Shown one piece after another: positions 8,549 through 18,036 of a stretch of DNA of 48,470 nt (positions are counted from its first letter, which is position 1; each line of letters begins with the position of its first letter). A program made the position numbers and the translations under genes. The notes beneath the pieces were generated by a model. It searched no databases. It worked only from the letters and a program-made list of their open reading frames with translations, and was not told the origin of the DNA. Source of the stretch: Spirochaetales bacterium (GTDB lineage Bacteria > Spirochaetota > Spirochaetia > SZUA-6 > JAFGRV01); the NCBI GenBank assembly GCA_016930085.1, contig JAFGHO010000081.1, forward strand, positions 1 through 48,470, given 5' to 3'.

Positions 8549-9913
8549 TTAATCTGTCAAGGAAAATGCATTCGGAGTATCGGGAAAAACGTCTGTATCT
8601 TTTTTCGATATGAATAATGCCCGTATCTCCGAAACCATGTAAAACGAGCCGGTCACCAGTATCGGTATTTTTTTATCCGAATAAAGCAGCGCCGTTTTCA
8701 GTGCGTCTGCAGGATGCTTCTTTAATATGGTGTTGGGGTTCAATGTTAAAAAAAGACGATAGAGGGCATCGGGGTCGCTTTCTTTGAATGAACCGGGTTT
8801 CGAAACGATGATCGTCCTGAAGGCAGAGGCACAGATTTCCGCCATCTTCCGGTGGTTTTTTCCTTTAATGGAGCCGAAGATAAGAATTCCGGCTTCCGGG
8901 TAAAGGGTCCTGAAACTCTGCAAGGCTTTTTCAACGGCAAAGGGCGTGTGGGCGCCGTCGATGACCAGGGGCGGTGAGTGTTGCATGATTTCCATCCGGC
9001 CGGGAAGAAAGGCTTTTTTTAGTCCTTCTTGATAACACCGTGAGTTGATATCCGGAAGTATTGTCCGTAATGTCAAAACGGCGAGGGCGGCATTTTCAGC
9101 TTGAAAGCACCCGATCATGGACAGGAAACAGGAGAAGGGAGAAGATTCCCTGAATTTCATGCTGACCTCTGTTCCTTCTTCGGATAATGAGGAGGAAAGC
9201 TCTTCTATGGATTCATCAAGGGAGTAAAAGGGTGCGTGCATTGAACGGCTTTTCTCCTTTATTATATTTCCGACCGCCGGCTGCTGGAAGCCTGAAAAAA
9301 CGGGGATTCCGGGTTTGATGATCCCTGCTTTTTCCGAGGCTATTTCCGTGATTGTCGAACCAAGGACATCGGTATGTTCGAGTTCGATGGGAGTAATGAC
9401 GGCGGCTTCGGGGAGGACCACATTCGTGGCATCGAGTCTGCCGCCGATCCCGACCTCGATCACGGCGATATCGCAGTGTTGGTGCCTGAACACACAAAAC
9501 GCAAGCAGGGTAAGCATTTCGAATGTGGTGGGCAGTATGTTACCGGTATGAGCGATTGTATCGCATATATTGTTTGCGATCGAGACGATGATATCGTCGG
9601 CGATCGTTTTTCCGTTGACGGTGATTCGTTCGTCATAGGTAGATACGTGGGGTGATGTATAGAGTCCTGTTTTAAAACCCCCGGCGCCCAATATGGATGC
9701 GATAAAAGCGGCGGTGGAGCCTTTTCCTTTTGTCCCCGCGACATGAATCGTTTTACAGCCGAGGTGCGGATTGAAAAAAGCATCGAGCAGGGCTAACATA
9801 TGTTCGGGGCGGTAATGACGGTGAGAGAAATCGCCCGACCGTTCGAGGTTGGTCAATGATTCGAAATACTCAAAGACATCCGTCTTGCGGTTAAAATGCA
9901 CGTCCTGTTTCAT
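8549..9913 (-). CDS. folC: Folylpolyglutamate synthase / dihydrofolate synthase (Mur ligase family).
   Basis: RPEHMLALLDAFFNPH, P-loop HVAGTKGKGSTAAF, TSPHV and DATNVV are typical FolC motifs. Confidence 0.85.
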   Translation of the reverse strand: MKQDVHFNRKTDVFEYFESLTNLERSGDFSHRHYRPEHMLALLDAFFNPHLGCKTIHVAGTKGKGSTAAFIASILGAGGFKTGLYTSPHVSTYDERITVNGKTIADDIIVSIANNICDTIAHTGNILPTTFEMLTLLAFCVFRHQHCDIAVIEVGIGGRLDATNVVLPEAAVITPIELEHTDVLGSTITEIASEKAGIIKPGIPVFSGFQQPAVGNIIKEKSRSMHAPFYSLDESIEELSSSLSEEGTEVSMKFRESSPFSCFLSMIGCFQAENAALAVLTLRTILPDINSRCYQEGLKKAFLPGRMEIMQHSPPLVIDGAHTPFAVEKALQSFRTLYPEAGILIFGSIKGKNHRKMAEICASAFRTIIVSKPGSFKESDPDALYRLFLTLNPNTILKKHPADALKTALLYSDKKIPILVTGSFYMVSEIRALFISKKDTDVFPDTPNAFSLTD

Positions 9914-10076
9914 AAACGCGTGTCCATATCATCCTCCTGCGTGAGGGGGCGGATTCTTTTGGCGGGAAACGCCGGATCGCAGGCCGGCAGGACATCGCCT
10001 TTTTCGTGCATACGATTAATACCGGCTTCATCAAGCGTGAATAATCGTATCGATAAAACGGCAGGTCCCAAAGTGG

Positions 10077-12092
10077 TCAGCCAAAGAATTTCCTGTTTAT
10101 CGTTTCGATATCGAATTCTTCCGGATCGAAATCCGCCGCCCATTTTCTCATTTTCTCGTAGTGAGTATGCGAGGGGTTTTTGAGAATCTCAACGAGATGC
10201 TCATAACCCGGAGGTCCGCCGCAGTCTTCCGGGGGACATGAGCGTTCGCCGTCAAGGCATTTGATGATCCGGCGATCGTCTTCGTCAAGCCGGTCGGCCG
10301 GAATGATCTCCTCGACCGTAACGGTATGGAGCCAGCTGTCACCGAAATCGTATTCATAGGTGATCGAGGTTCCCTCTTTTCCAAGGATCCGATCGATGGC
10401 GACAGTGCTTTCATCGGCGACATCCTCAGTCTCATTATCCGAAGGATCGCCATATTCGACACCGCCGGCCCAAAAGGAGTGAAGATGGTAATTTTCCCAT
10501 CCCATTGCCGTCTGGATGGCCGAATGAAGTTCCGAAAGGGTCCTGTTCCCGGGAATACGTATTCTCCGCCATATCTCCGGTTTGATGTCCCGGAGTATGA
10601 TCTTGAGAATCAACACGGACTCAGGACTCTCCTTTTTTACAAGCTTGAGGTCCGGTTCGAATCTTTTTTCCACCGTCTCCATAATATGCCGGATCAACGC
10701 TTCCGTTTTTTCGAGTTCATCATCGAAATCGATGTCGCCGTCATTATCGAAAGCTTCGGGGTCGTTGCAGGTTTCGAGAATAATTCTCAAGGATTCAAAG
10801 CCATGCGAGACGAGGACAATATCTTCGGGGATCAGGATATTAATCGAAAATCCCCGTTCCTGCAATGTTTCTATCCATTCCATAAAATTGTTTTGCAAAG
10901 CAAGGGCTTTTTCCCGTACGATACCGGCGGCCTGGTCCTTGAAATAGTTATATTGCTTGGTAATGTCTTCCCATAATTCATCGATAAACCGATAAAACAT
11001 GTCTTCCTGAAATTGATCATAGAAGTGCAGGTCGAGGTATTGAAGACATCGTTCCACGGCATCTTCACACGAGGTTTTTCTGTGAAAAAGCTCGTTTCGC
11101 ATAAAGGCTTCAATCTCAACGGATGAGATCGGTGCATTGATATCGGTGAGAATGTCATTCAGGGAGTCGAAATCCCCTTTCATGACATGGGGGGTGCTGA
11201 TATCTTCCGTCCTGATTTCTTCATCCTTTAGCCACAGAAAGGATTTGGAGCCGATATATTTCAATTCAACCACATCATTTGAGGCGAGAAAATTTCCGAT
11301 ATTGAGGAGGGGATGTCTGATCAGTTCTTCCCCGCCAAGATAAAAGGCATAAGCGAGTTGTTCGCTTATGAGTGCCGGAAGGCCCAGTTTCGTAAAAGCA
11401 CGCAGGAAACCCGATTCGAGATCGGCTATCCACTGCTTCACCGCCCATTTTTCCTTTTCCCGCTCTTCTTTTGAAATATATGTAAACCGGTATTCACCTT
11501 TCGCCCAGTTTCCTACCGTTACGATGAAAGCGTCACCGTCCTTCATGCCGTATCTGCGATAGAGGTCCTGCATGTCAAAAACGGTTATAATCACTTCTTC
11601 CGATTCCGGGTGGTCGCAAAGAAAAATTTCGGTATTTGCTTCATCGTCATAAATAAGGTAATCCGGAATGACATCGTGCCCCAGGAGAGACAGATAAATG
11701 GTCACATCATCCAGGTTCATCCGGGTTTTTATTTTTTCCACGATGATACCGTCTTCAGGACAAAGCGTACATTCCGGCGGAAAAATTTCGGGATTACAGA
11801 ACGGGAGAAAACGGTGTCCGGGGACCAGAATGCCCGCCCCTATTTCTTCGTTTGTCGGTACGAGAAGAAACCTGGCCTTGTCGAAATAGAGCGAGCGGGG
11901 AATAAACAGGGATGTTTCATCATCGTGAAAGAGATTCCGGTCGATCTTCAGCTGATTGAGAATCCGCGTTTCACAATCAGGCACAGGGGTCGGAAGGGAT
12001 GTGCCGATTGCTTCGACTATTTCCCCGATTTCGAATTCTTTCTGAGTATTTTTGATAAACGATTTTATATTTTCTTTCAGGTGAACCGTCAT
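10077..12092 (-). CDS. Large hypothetical cytoplasmic protein (about 671 aa) with a C-terminal plasmid pRiA4b ORF-3-like domain.
   Basis: C-terminal YEYDFGDSWLHTVTVEE ... CPPEDCGGPPGYEHL matches the PRiA4_ORF3-like domain signature as I recall it. The N-terminal 500 aa have no recognisable motif. Start trimmed to Met 12092; the 12269 start would overlap the upstream GT gene by 167 nt. Confidence 0.7.
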   Translation of the reverse strand: MTVHLKENIKSFIKNTQKEFEIGEIVEAIGTSLPTPVPDCETRILNQLKIDRNLFHDDETSLFIPRSLYFDKARFLLVPTNEEIGAGILVPGHRFLPFCNPEIFPPECTLCPEDGIIVEKIKTRMNLDDVTIYLSLLGHDVIPDYLIYDDEANTEIFLCDHPESEEVIITVFDMQDLYRRYGMKDGDAFIVTVGNWAKGEYRFTYISKEEREKEKWAVKQWIADLESGFLRAFTKLGLPALISEQLAYAFYLGGEELIRHPLLNIGNFLASNDVVELKYIGSKSFLWLKDEEIRTEDISTPHVMKGDFDSLNDILTDINAPISSVEIEAFMRNELFHRKTSCEDAVERCLQYLDLHFYDQFQEDMFYRFIDELWEDITKQYNYFKDQAAGIVREKALALQNNFMEWIETLQERGFSINILIPEDIVLVSHGFESLRIILETCNDPEAFDNDGDIDFDDELEKTEALIRHIMETVEKRFEPDLKLVKKESPESVLILKIILRDIKPEIWRRIRIPGNRTLSELHSAIQTAMGWENYHLHSFWAGGVEYGDPSDNETEDVADESTVAIDRILGKEGTSITYEYDFGDSWLHTVTVEEIIPADRLDEDDRRIIKCLDGERSCPPEDCGGPPGYEHLVEILKNPSHTHYEKMRKWAADFDPEEFDIETINRKFFG

Positions 12093-12102
12093 ATATTCCC
12101 TT

Positions 12103-13272
12103 TCAAACAGACGATTTATGGGCGGTGATTGCTTTCTGATAACAGTCCAGGAGTTGAACCGTGAGTCGTCTGGATGAATACATTTCCGATACTTCTTTTG
12201 CTTCCGTCGATTTTCGATCGTACAACGCTGCGTTTCGGAGAAGCTCGACAACCCTTTTCGTGAATTCATGTTTATCCGGATCCGTGAGATATCCCCCCTT
12301 GTTATTCTTTACGATATCGATAACACCCATCGCCTTGACCGCGACAACCGGAGTACCCGCCGCCATGGCTTCAAGCAGTGACAACCCTTGTGTTTCCGTA
12401 CGGGAAGCAAAGATAAATATATCCGAAGCCGCGAGTATGTTCATGACTTCGTTCCTTGTAATATAACCGAGGAATATTACCTTGTCACCGATTCCCAATT
12501 TTTTAGCCTGGTTCTGGAGATATCCACGGACGGGCCCGTCCCCGATAAAAAGAAGAATGGTATCCGGTACCTGTTTCTGAATATGAGCAAACGCCTGGAT
12601 AAGAAAAGGAAAATTCTTTTCTTTTGTAATTCTTCCGACACAGATCAGTATTTTTTTCCGGAGGGGGATGTCGTATTTTTTTCTGGTCTCCTCGTTACGG
12701 CGGATTTTTCCGTTAAATTGTTCGATCCCGGTGGGGAGTATGATAATATCGGAAGTGACTCCGTATCCAAGTAAAACATCTTTTATAATACTCGAAGGGG
12801 ACAGGACAAAAACCGAATAATCGCAATAGAATTTGCTTAACCGGATTGCCAGCGGTGTGAGGATTTTCTTCGGCAGCGGTATGTAATGTACATATTCCGC
12901 GATATAGGTATGATATGTCTGGATAAGGGGGATTTTTAGCCGCCTGCTTAAGTATGTTGCAAAAAGCCCCATGAATAACGGTGTGTGGAAGTGGATGATA
13001 TCCAGGTTGAGGTTTTTGATTTTTTTCAGCTTTGTCGGGAAGGGGATGACGAGTTTGTATTCCCGGTAAAGGGGGTAGGACAAGGCAAAATATCGAAAGA
13101 TATTGTTTTTTTCTTCTTCTTTTCTTGATTCTGAGGTATGTCTCTTTACGATCGGACAAAATACATAGATATTGTGACCGAGTTTGATCAATTCCTTTCT
13201 GAATATTTCAATTGACGTCACAATTCCGTTTATCGATGGAAGATATGTGTCCGTGAAAATACCGATATTCAT
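12103..13272 (-). CDS. GT4-family (GT-B fold) glycosyltransferase.
   Basis: MNIGIFTDTYLPSINGIVTSI N-terminus and EAMAAGTPVVA C-terminal sugar-donor motif are typical of GT4 retaining glycosyltransferases. Confidence 0.8.
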   Translation of the reverse strand: MNIGIFTDTYLPSINGIVTSIEIFRKELIKLGHNIYVFCPIVKRHTSESRKEEEKNNIFRYFALSYPLYREYKLVIPFPTKLKKIKNLNLDIIHFHTPLFMGLFATYLSRRLKIPLIQTYHTYIAEYVHYIPLPKKILTPLAIRLSKFYCDYSVFVLSPSSIIKDVLLGYGVTSDIIILPTGIEQFNGKIRRNEETRKKYDIPLRKKILICVGRITKEKNFPFLIQAFAHIQKQVPDTILLFIGDGPVRGYLQNQAKKLGIGDKVIFLGYITRNEVMNILAASDIFIFASRTETQGLSLLEAMAAGTPVVAVKAMGVIDIVKNNKGGYLTDPDKHEFTKRVVELLRNAALYDRKSTEAKEVSEMYSSRRLTVQLLDCYQKAITAHKSSV

Positions 13273-13608
13273 ATATACAAGGTGAAAAGCTATCGTATTC
13301 GGTATAAAATGTCAATATTGTCTTCGAGTCTTTATACATGTTCGGGAAAAAGGCCTCGGAAAAGGTTTATAAAAGGCAGACGATATTGCCGTATCGACGA
13401 AAAACGGTCGATCCATGAAGGCGGACATTCCGTCTTTCCACGATACCTCCCCCGCATAATCCCTTTCTTTTTTGGAGAAAACGATAAAGAAGGGTGTGGA
13501 CAAACTCTTTTTTATTTGGTATTCTTGATCACCGTGTCGATCGCGGTCATTGCGTGGTGTACTCCAAAAAGAGAAATCTCTGTGGCCGCGTATTCAGGGT
13601 TTTTTTAT

Positions 13609-13680
13609 GGCGCCGTACCCAAGTGGTAAGGGAGAGGTCTGCAAAACCTTTATGCACCGGTTCGAATCCGGTCGGCGCCT
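13609..13680 (+). tRNA. tRNA-Cys (anticodon GCA).
   Basis: Manual fold. 7-bp acceptor stem GGCGCCG/CGGCGCC, D-arm CCC-AGTGGTAA-GGG, anticodon stem GAGGT/ACCTT with loop CTGCAAA, T-arm CACCGG-TTCGAAT-CCGGT, discriminator T. No encoded CCA. Confidence 0.85.
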
Positions 13681-13853
13681 TATTTTAATTTTCACTGATT
13701 TATTGAATACATCTTTCATCAGAATTAATAAAATAAATATATCGAACCATCGTGCGGCTGTATTTTGTGAGTTCAATAAAGGACGAATCGTTTATAATGG
13801 AAAGAAGATAACAGAAAATGCAATGACAGAAAATCAAATAATGAGGTCTCGCA

Positions 13854-14963
13854 ATGAGTTCACTCGATAGATTAACCATTAAAGGATTTAAATCAATCAA
13901 AACCCTCGAAGACTTTAGTCTCGGCAAACTCAATATATTTATCGGGGGTAATGGTGCCGGAAAAACAAATCTGATAGGCTTCTTTCGAATGCTGAGAAGC
14001 CTGATCGACGGCAACCTTGGGAATTATGTCGTACAGAACGGCGGGGCTGGCGATCTTCTTTTTAACGGTCCAAAAATAACAACTGAAATGGAGTTTACAA
14101 CCATTTTTGGCATTCGAGGATACTGTTTTACGCTGAAGCCGACGCCAAAGGATAAATGTATTATTACAGCTGAAAAACGTTTTTACAAATATGCACGTAC
14201 CGGAGGTGGATGGTGGGACCTTGGTGACGGCGATGATGACACGTCACTTCTCGTTAAAGAAGCGAAAAGCAAGCGAAAAGACAGTCAATACAGTCTGCCA
14301 GTCTATGAGGCGATCGCTTCATGGCAGATTTACCACTTTCATGATACAAGTGAAACTTCAGCAATGCGACAGTATGAAATAATTCAGGATAATAAATATC
14401 TCAGGGGAAATGCGTCAAATATCGCTCCTTATTTATTCATGTTGAAAAATAAATATTTTACTGAATATACTGAAATTCTTAATGCAGTGAGAATGGTGAT
14501 GCCTTTCTTTGACGATTTCCTTCTGGATATTACGGATTTCGGAAGAAAGCAAAAACTAAACCTTTCGTGGAAACAAAAGGGATCGGATTATCCGATGCAG
14601 CCATATCATCTGTCGGACGGTTCTCTCCGTTTTATCTGTCTTGCAACGGCATTATTACAGCCGGACCCGCCGTCGACGATCATAATCGATGAACCTGAAT
14701 TGGGTCTTCATCCGGAAGCGATATCGATTCTGTCTGAACTTATTCAGGATGCTTCAAAACGCACCCAGATTATTGTTGCAACTCAGTCTCCGGCATTGAT
14801 CGATCATTTCGGTATTGAAGACATTATTGTAGTAAAAAGAGAAAATGGAGCCTCTACTTTTCAACGATTGAATGAAGAAGATTTTAAAACGTGGCTTGAA
14901 AATTATTCCGTTGGGGAACTTTGGACCAAAAACGTTATCGACGGCGGTCCTGTTTATGAGTGA
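13854..14963 (+). CDS. ABC-type (AAA_21/AAA_15-like, OLD/SMC-like) ATPase. First gene of the candidate defence pair.
   Basis: Walker A GGNGAGKTN, YHFHD motif, ABC-signature-like LSDGSLR, Walker B TIIIDEPELGLHP, H-loop-like IVATQSP. Low GC relative to neighbours. Confidence 0.85.
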   Translation: MSSLDRLTIKGFKSIKTLEDFSLGKLNIFIGGNGAGKTNLIGFFRMLRSLIDGNLGNYVVQNGGAGDLLFNGPKITTEMEFTTIFGIRGYCFTLKPTPKDKCIITAEKRFYKYARTGGGWWDLGDGDDDTSLLVKEAKSKRKDSQYSLPVYEAIASWQIYHFHDTSETSAMRQYEIIQDNKYLRGNASNIAPYLFMLKNKYFTEYTEILNAVRMVMPFFDDFLLDITDFGRKQKLNLSWKQKGSDYPMQPYHLSDGSLRFICLATALLQPDPPSTIIIDEPELGLHPEAISILSELIQDASKRTQIIVATQSPALIDHFGIEDIIVVKRENGASTFQRLNEEDFKTWLENYSVGELWTKNVIDGGPVYE

Positions 14964-15627
14964 TTTCATTGAGATTATTGTCATCGTCGAAGGAAAAACG
15001 GAAAAAATATTCATTAATAGTATACTCAAAGATAACCTGGCTGATAGAAATATATATATGACGCCAATCATCATATCGAAACCCGGAGAGAAGGGGGGAG
15101 ATATCAAATTCAGCAGGGCTTTAAAAGACATAACCATACACATGAAACAGCGCGCCGACACGTTCGTCAGCCTGTTTATTGATTATTACGGCCTGAAGCC
15201 GGATTGGCCCGGTTTCATTAATGCAAAAAAGGAAGAAGAACCCGCAAAAATCGCTTCAATAATTAATGATTCAACTCATTTGGCGGTCAATACCGAATTA
15301 TCGGCATACAGGTCAGACATTCGTTTTATACCACATATAACCGTACATGAATTCGAAGCATTGCTTTTCAGTGATGCAAGCAGTCTTGCTTCGGAACTTC
15401 ACGTTGATAAATCAGACGTGGATAAAATTATTGATCAATTCGGTGATCCTGAAAAAATAGATGATTCTCCCGATGAAGCACCGTCGAAACGTCTGGAGCG
15501 ATTATATCCAAAATATAAAAAAACGACGACAGGCATAATAATAGCACGCAATATCGGGATCGATGCAATGAGAAAAAAATGCCGAATTTTCAATGACTGG
15601 TTGAAGCGGATTGAATCCCATTTGTAG
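14956..15627 (+). CDS. DUF4276-like / putative TOPRIM-fold protein. Second gene of the candidate defence pair.
   Basis: N-terminus MSDFIEIIVIVEGKTEKIF has a TOPRIM-like conserved Glu in EGxTE. Further acidic positions LFIDYYG and HEFEALLFSD. The ATG overlaps the ATPase stop (ATGAGTGA), suggesting translational coupling. The 14872 start in the ORF track is an in-frame over-extension into the ATPase gene. Confidence 0.7.
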   Translation: MSDFIEIIVIVEGKTEKIFINSILKDNLADRNIYMTPIIISKPGEKGGDIKFSRALKDITIHMKQRADTFVSLFIDYYGLKPDWPGFINAKKEEEPAKIASIINDSTHLAVNTELSAYRSDIRFIPHITVHEFEALLFSDASSLASELHVDKSDVDKIIDQFGDPEKIDDSPDEAPSKRLERLYPKYKKTTTGIIIARNIGIDAMRKKCRIFNDWLKRIESHL

Positions 15628-15727
15628 GTTATAAGCTAATTGAAATAAAATTCTTGATATTTCGTTGGAAAATGAAAAGTGAGTTCGCAATGTCGTCATT
15701 GGTTTTTCTTTTTGAAGTGTTTTCAGG

Positions 15728-16324
15728 TTACTGTCCGGAGTTGTAACCATCTTGTTTTTCTGCATGTATCATATACAGACTATACCAGTTATAGGAAACA
15801 ATCGTTTGCGAATTACAAAACGCCTCTTTTTTTTCCCGGATGTTCGATGCAACCTCGTCGACCGGAATAATGACGGATTCGATGATTTCGTCCGCGTCGA
15901 ACCGGGTTTCTCCCGTTGCTTCGAGACCGGTGGCCAGAAATGTGTGGCTTTGATTCGTCATGAATGAGGGGCAGGGATATGTCGAGCCGATATAGATGAG
16001 TTTTCCGGCCCGGTACCCTGTTTCTTCAATCAACTCGCGGCCTGCGGTCTCTTCCGGCGATTCATCCTCATCGACAAGTCCCGCCGGAAACTCGCACATC
16101 ACCTTTTTGTTCCCGTGACGGAATTGTTTCACCATGAGAAAACAATCGGTTCCTTCGCTGTTTTTTATCAGGGGGATGACCGTTACCCAGTCGCAGGCTT
16201 CAAGAATGTAAAAATCACTCGTCGCGCCCAGAGGAGATAACCGGTCTGAGACTTCAAGGGTAAAAATTCGGCAGTCTTTGAGGACGTCCGTTTTTATTTC
16301 TTTCCACTTAAGGTGGTCGTCCAT
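15728..16324 (-). CDS. NUDIX hydrolase (ADP-ribose pyrophosphatase-like).
   Basis: Nudix box GLVDEDESPEETAGRELIEETGY (GX5EX7REUXEEXGU). Confidence 0.8.
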   Translation of the reverse strand: MDDHLKWKEIKTDVLKDCRIFTLEVSDRLSPLGATSDFYILEACDWVTVIPLIKNSEGTDCFLMVKQFRHGNKKVMCEFPAGLVDEDESPEETAGRELIEETGYRAGKLIYIGSTYPCPSFMTNQSHTFLATGLEATGETRFDADEIIESVIIPVDEVASNIREKKEAFCNSQTIVSYNWYSLYMIHAEKQDGYNSGQ

Positions 16325-16469
16325 GGCCCACCATCATAGCCTATATTAAAAAAGGAAACAAGTGGGTGAGGGAATGCCCTGTTCATTCCCAATTGTACGG
16401 CGCGCCCTGCGATCAAAGCGGCTGTCGAAGATGACCGTACTCCGGAAATGGGGCCGGGAAAAGCAGGTG

Positions 16470-16622
16470 TCAGCCTGTTTCGTCTTTTTTCGTTTTATGC
16501 GGGACCTTTTTCTTCCCGAGTATTTCCTTATAAACCGGCAATTTCATCCATACAATGAAAATAATACATCCTATAACAATACCCGTCCATAACCAAACCT
16601 GAAGCGGGAGTCCGAGAAACAT
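16470..16622 (-). CDS. Small (50 aa) single-pass membrane protein, absent from the ORF track because it is under 60 aa.
   Basis: Minus-strand GGAGGAtaccATG. MFLGLPLQVWLWTGIVIGCIIFIVWMKLPVYKEILGKKKVPHKTKKDETG has one TM helix plus a Lys-rich tail. It lies upstream of and co-directional with the NUDIX gene. Confidence 0.5.
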   Translation of the reverse strand: MFLGLPLQVWLWTGIVIGCIIFIVWMKLPVYKEILGKKKVPHKTKKDETG

Positions 16623-16885
16623 GGTATCCTCCTTGCTGCCGCCATTATATCAATATTTTCTTCAGAGGGGAAGCGGATTACCGGCGGTGACGGCAGGCAA
16701 ACGACTTCCGGAAGGAAGCCGCTTTTTATTGGGTTTGATGTCGTTGCACGGAAAATAAAAAAATAATGAATAAGGCGTCTGTACAGAAACCTGTTGTTTG
16801 TTATAATAGTAAGGCGGGACGGCGTCGTCCTGTTTGATTTTATTATTGTCCCTGAAAGGTCAGATGAAGGGCGACGGAGGTCGTT

Positions 16886-18019
16886 TTGATTTCGGTGTTG
16901 TGCGCGGACAAACGGTACTGTTTGTTCTTGCTGGTTTGTATACATGTCTGTTTGATTATCTCCGGTACGGCCGGATTTTCTTCCCCTTTGGATGAAATCG
17001 AGATCGAACCGGGAATACGGTTCTGGGGTGCCGATGTGGGACTCAACTACCTCGGGGTACATTTTTTACCCCCGCTCGTTACGAGACTTTGTCTTTCATT
17101 TGGATGCGGGTATGAAACGGTCGGATACTACAGATATCCCGATACCTCCATTTATTATCCGCCGAAATCAGCATCGGAGGTTAATGAGGCTGTTTTTAAA
17201 CGTTTTGAAAGTGTGTGGTCGGCCGGAATCAGGCAGGGGATCTTTCTTCAGCCGGGAAAACAGGATAACCTGTTCGAGGTCCACTTTCTCTATCGCGGAA
17301 AATACAACGCTTATCTCGAACATGATTCGGGGGCGGAAGCGCTCGTTTTTTCATCCGGCCTTGCCGATGCGGAAGGTATCCTGCAGAACTCGGCGGTCAT
17401 CGGTCTTTATTATAACGATGTCGCCGTGCATGAGTCGCATCGAAAGCGGAACGGTATCCAGGCGGATCTTTCGTGCGAGGTCGCTCCTGCGTGGTTCGGT
17501 AATGATATTATCGGACTGGCCGATTTTGTCCGCGGTACCTTCGATCTCCGCGGTTTTATAACCGTCTTCGATCTCGATCCCGCGGATACAACGACGGAGA
17601 ACGCCTTCAATATCTATATCGGCGGCAGGATCGTCCTTGACTGCCTTTCAGGCGGATATATCCCGCTTAATGCCCGGCAAAGTATCGGCGGAAGAGAAGC
17701 GACAACCTCTGAAGGACTGGGCGGGGTGATGAGGGGTATCGACAATGGGCGTTTCGACGGGTACCTGAAGGCGGTCAATAACCTGGATATCAGGATGAAC
17801 CTTCCGGCACTCGGTGGTTTTGTCCCGGCGTTCATCTGCTATTTCGATACCGGTGTAAGCGATAACCTTGATTATACGCTGCGTCCCGGCCATCTGCTTT
17901 TTTCGACCGGAACCGGATGTTCGCTTTACGGATGTGGGTTTGATGTGGTTGTCTACATCAATTATTTTATTAATGAAAACAGGCTGAGTCCTTCGTTTGA
18001 TTTTTCACTATGCTTTTAA
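16886..18019 (+). CDS. Hypothetical exported protein, likely an outer-membrane beta-barrel (C-terminal ...SLCF).
   Basis: Hydrophobic N-terminus, alternating Gly/aromatic beta-strand-like pattern, C-terminal Phe. Overlapping ORFs in other frames look spurious. Confidence 0.55.
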   Translation: MISVLCADKRYCLFLLVCIHVCLIISGTAGFSSPLDEIEIEPGIRFWGADVGLNYLGVHFLPPLVTRLCLSFGCGYETVGYYRYPDTSIYYPPKSASEVNEAVFKRFESVWSAGIRQGIFLQPGKQDNLFEVHFLYRGKYNAYLEHDSGAEALVFSSGLADAEGILQNSAVIGLYYNDVAVHESHRKRNGIQADLSCEVAPAWFGNDIIGLADFVRGTFDLRGFITVFDLDPADTTTENAFNIYIGGRIVLDCLSGGYIPLNARQSIGGREATTSEGLGGVMRGIDNGRFDGYLKAVNNLDIRMNLPALGGFVPAFICYFDTGVSDNLDYTLRPGHLLFSTGTGCSLYGCGFDVVVYINYFINENRLSPSFDFSLCF

Positions 18020-18036
18020 AAAAGGAGGAATTAAAT

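Noticed and set aside
12093-12269. Upstream start (12269) for the 730-aa ORF.
   Set aside because: It would overlap the co-directional upstream GT4 gene by 167 nt. The internal Met at 12092 gives a non-overlapping arrangement.
15628-15760. Direct repeat of the tRNA-Cys 3' end (att site) downstream of the candidate defence pair.
   Set aside because: No match to ggttcgaatccggtcggcgcc or a substantial part of it was seen. The islet boundary therefore remains undefined.
16362-16592. 76-aa plus-strand ORF.
   Set aside because: No RBS. It is antisense to the better-supported 50-aa minus-strand membrane-protein ORF with GGAGGA.
16992-17561. 189-aa ORF overlapping the 16886..18019 gene in another frame, and the 16571..17062 and 16843..17046 minus-strand ORFs.
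   Set aside because: Arg/Ser-rich low-complexity translations. They overlap a gene with a coherent beta-barrel-like pattern.
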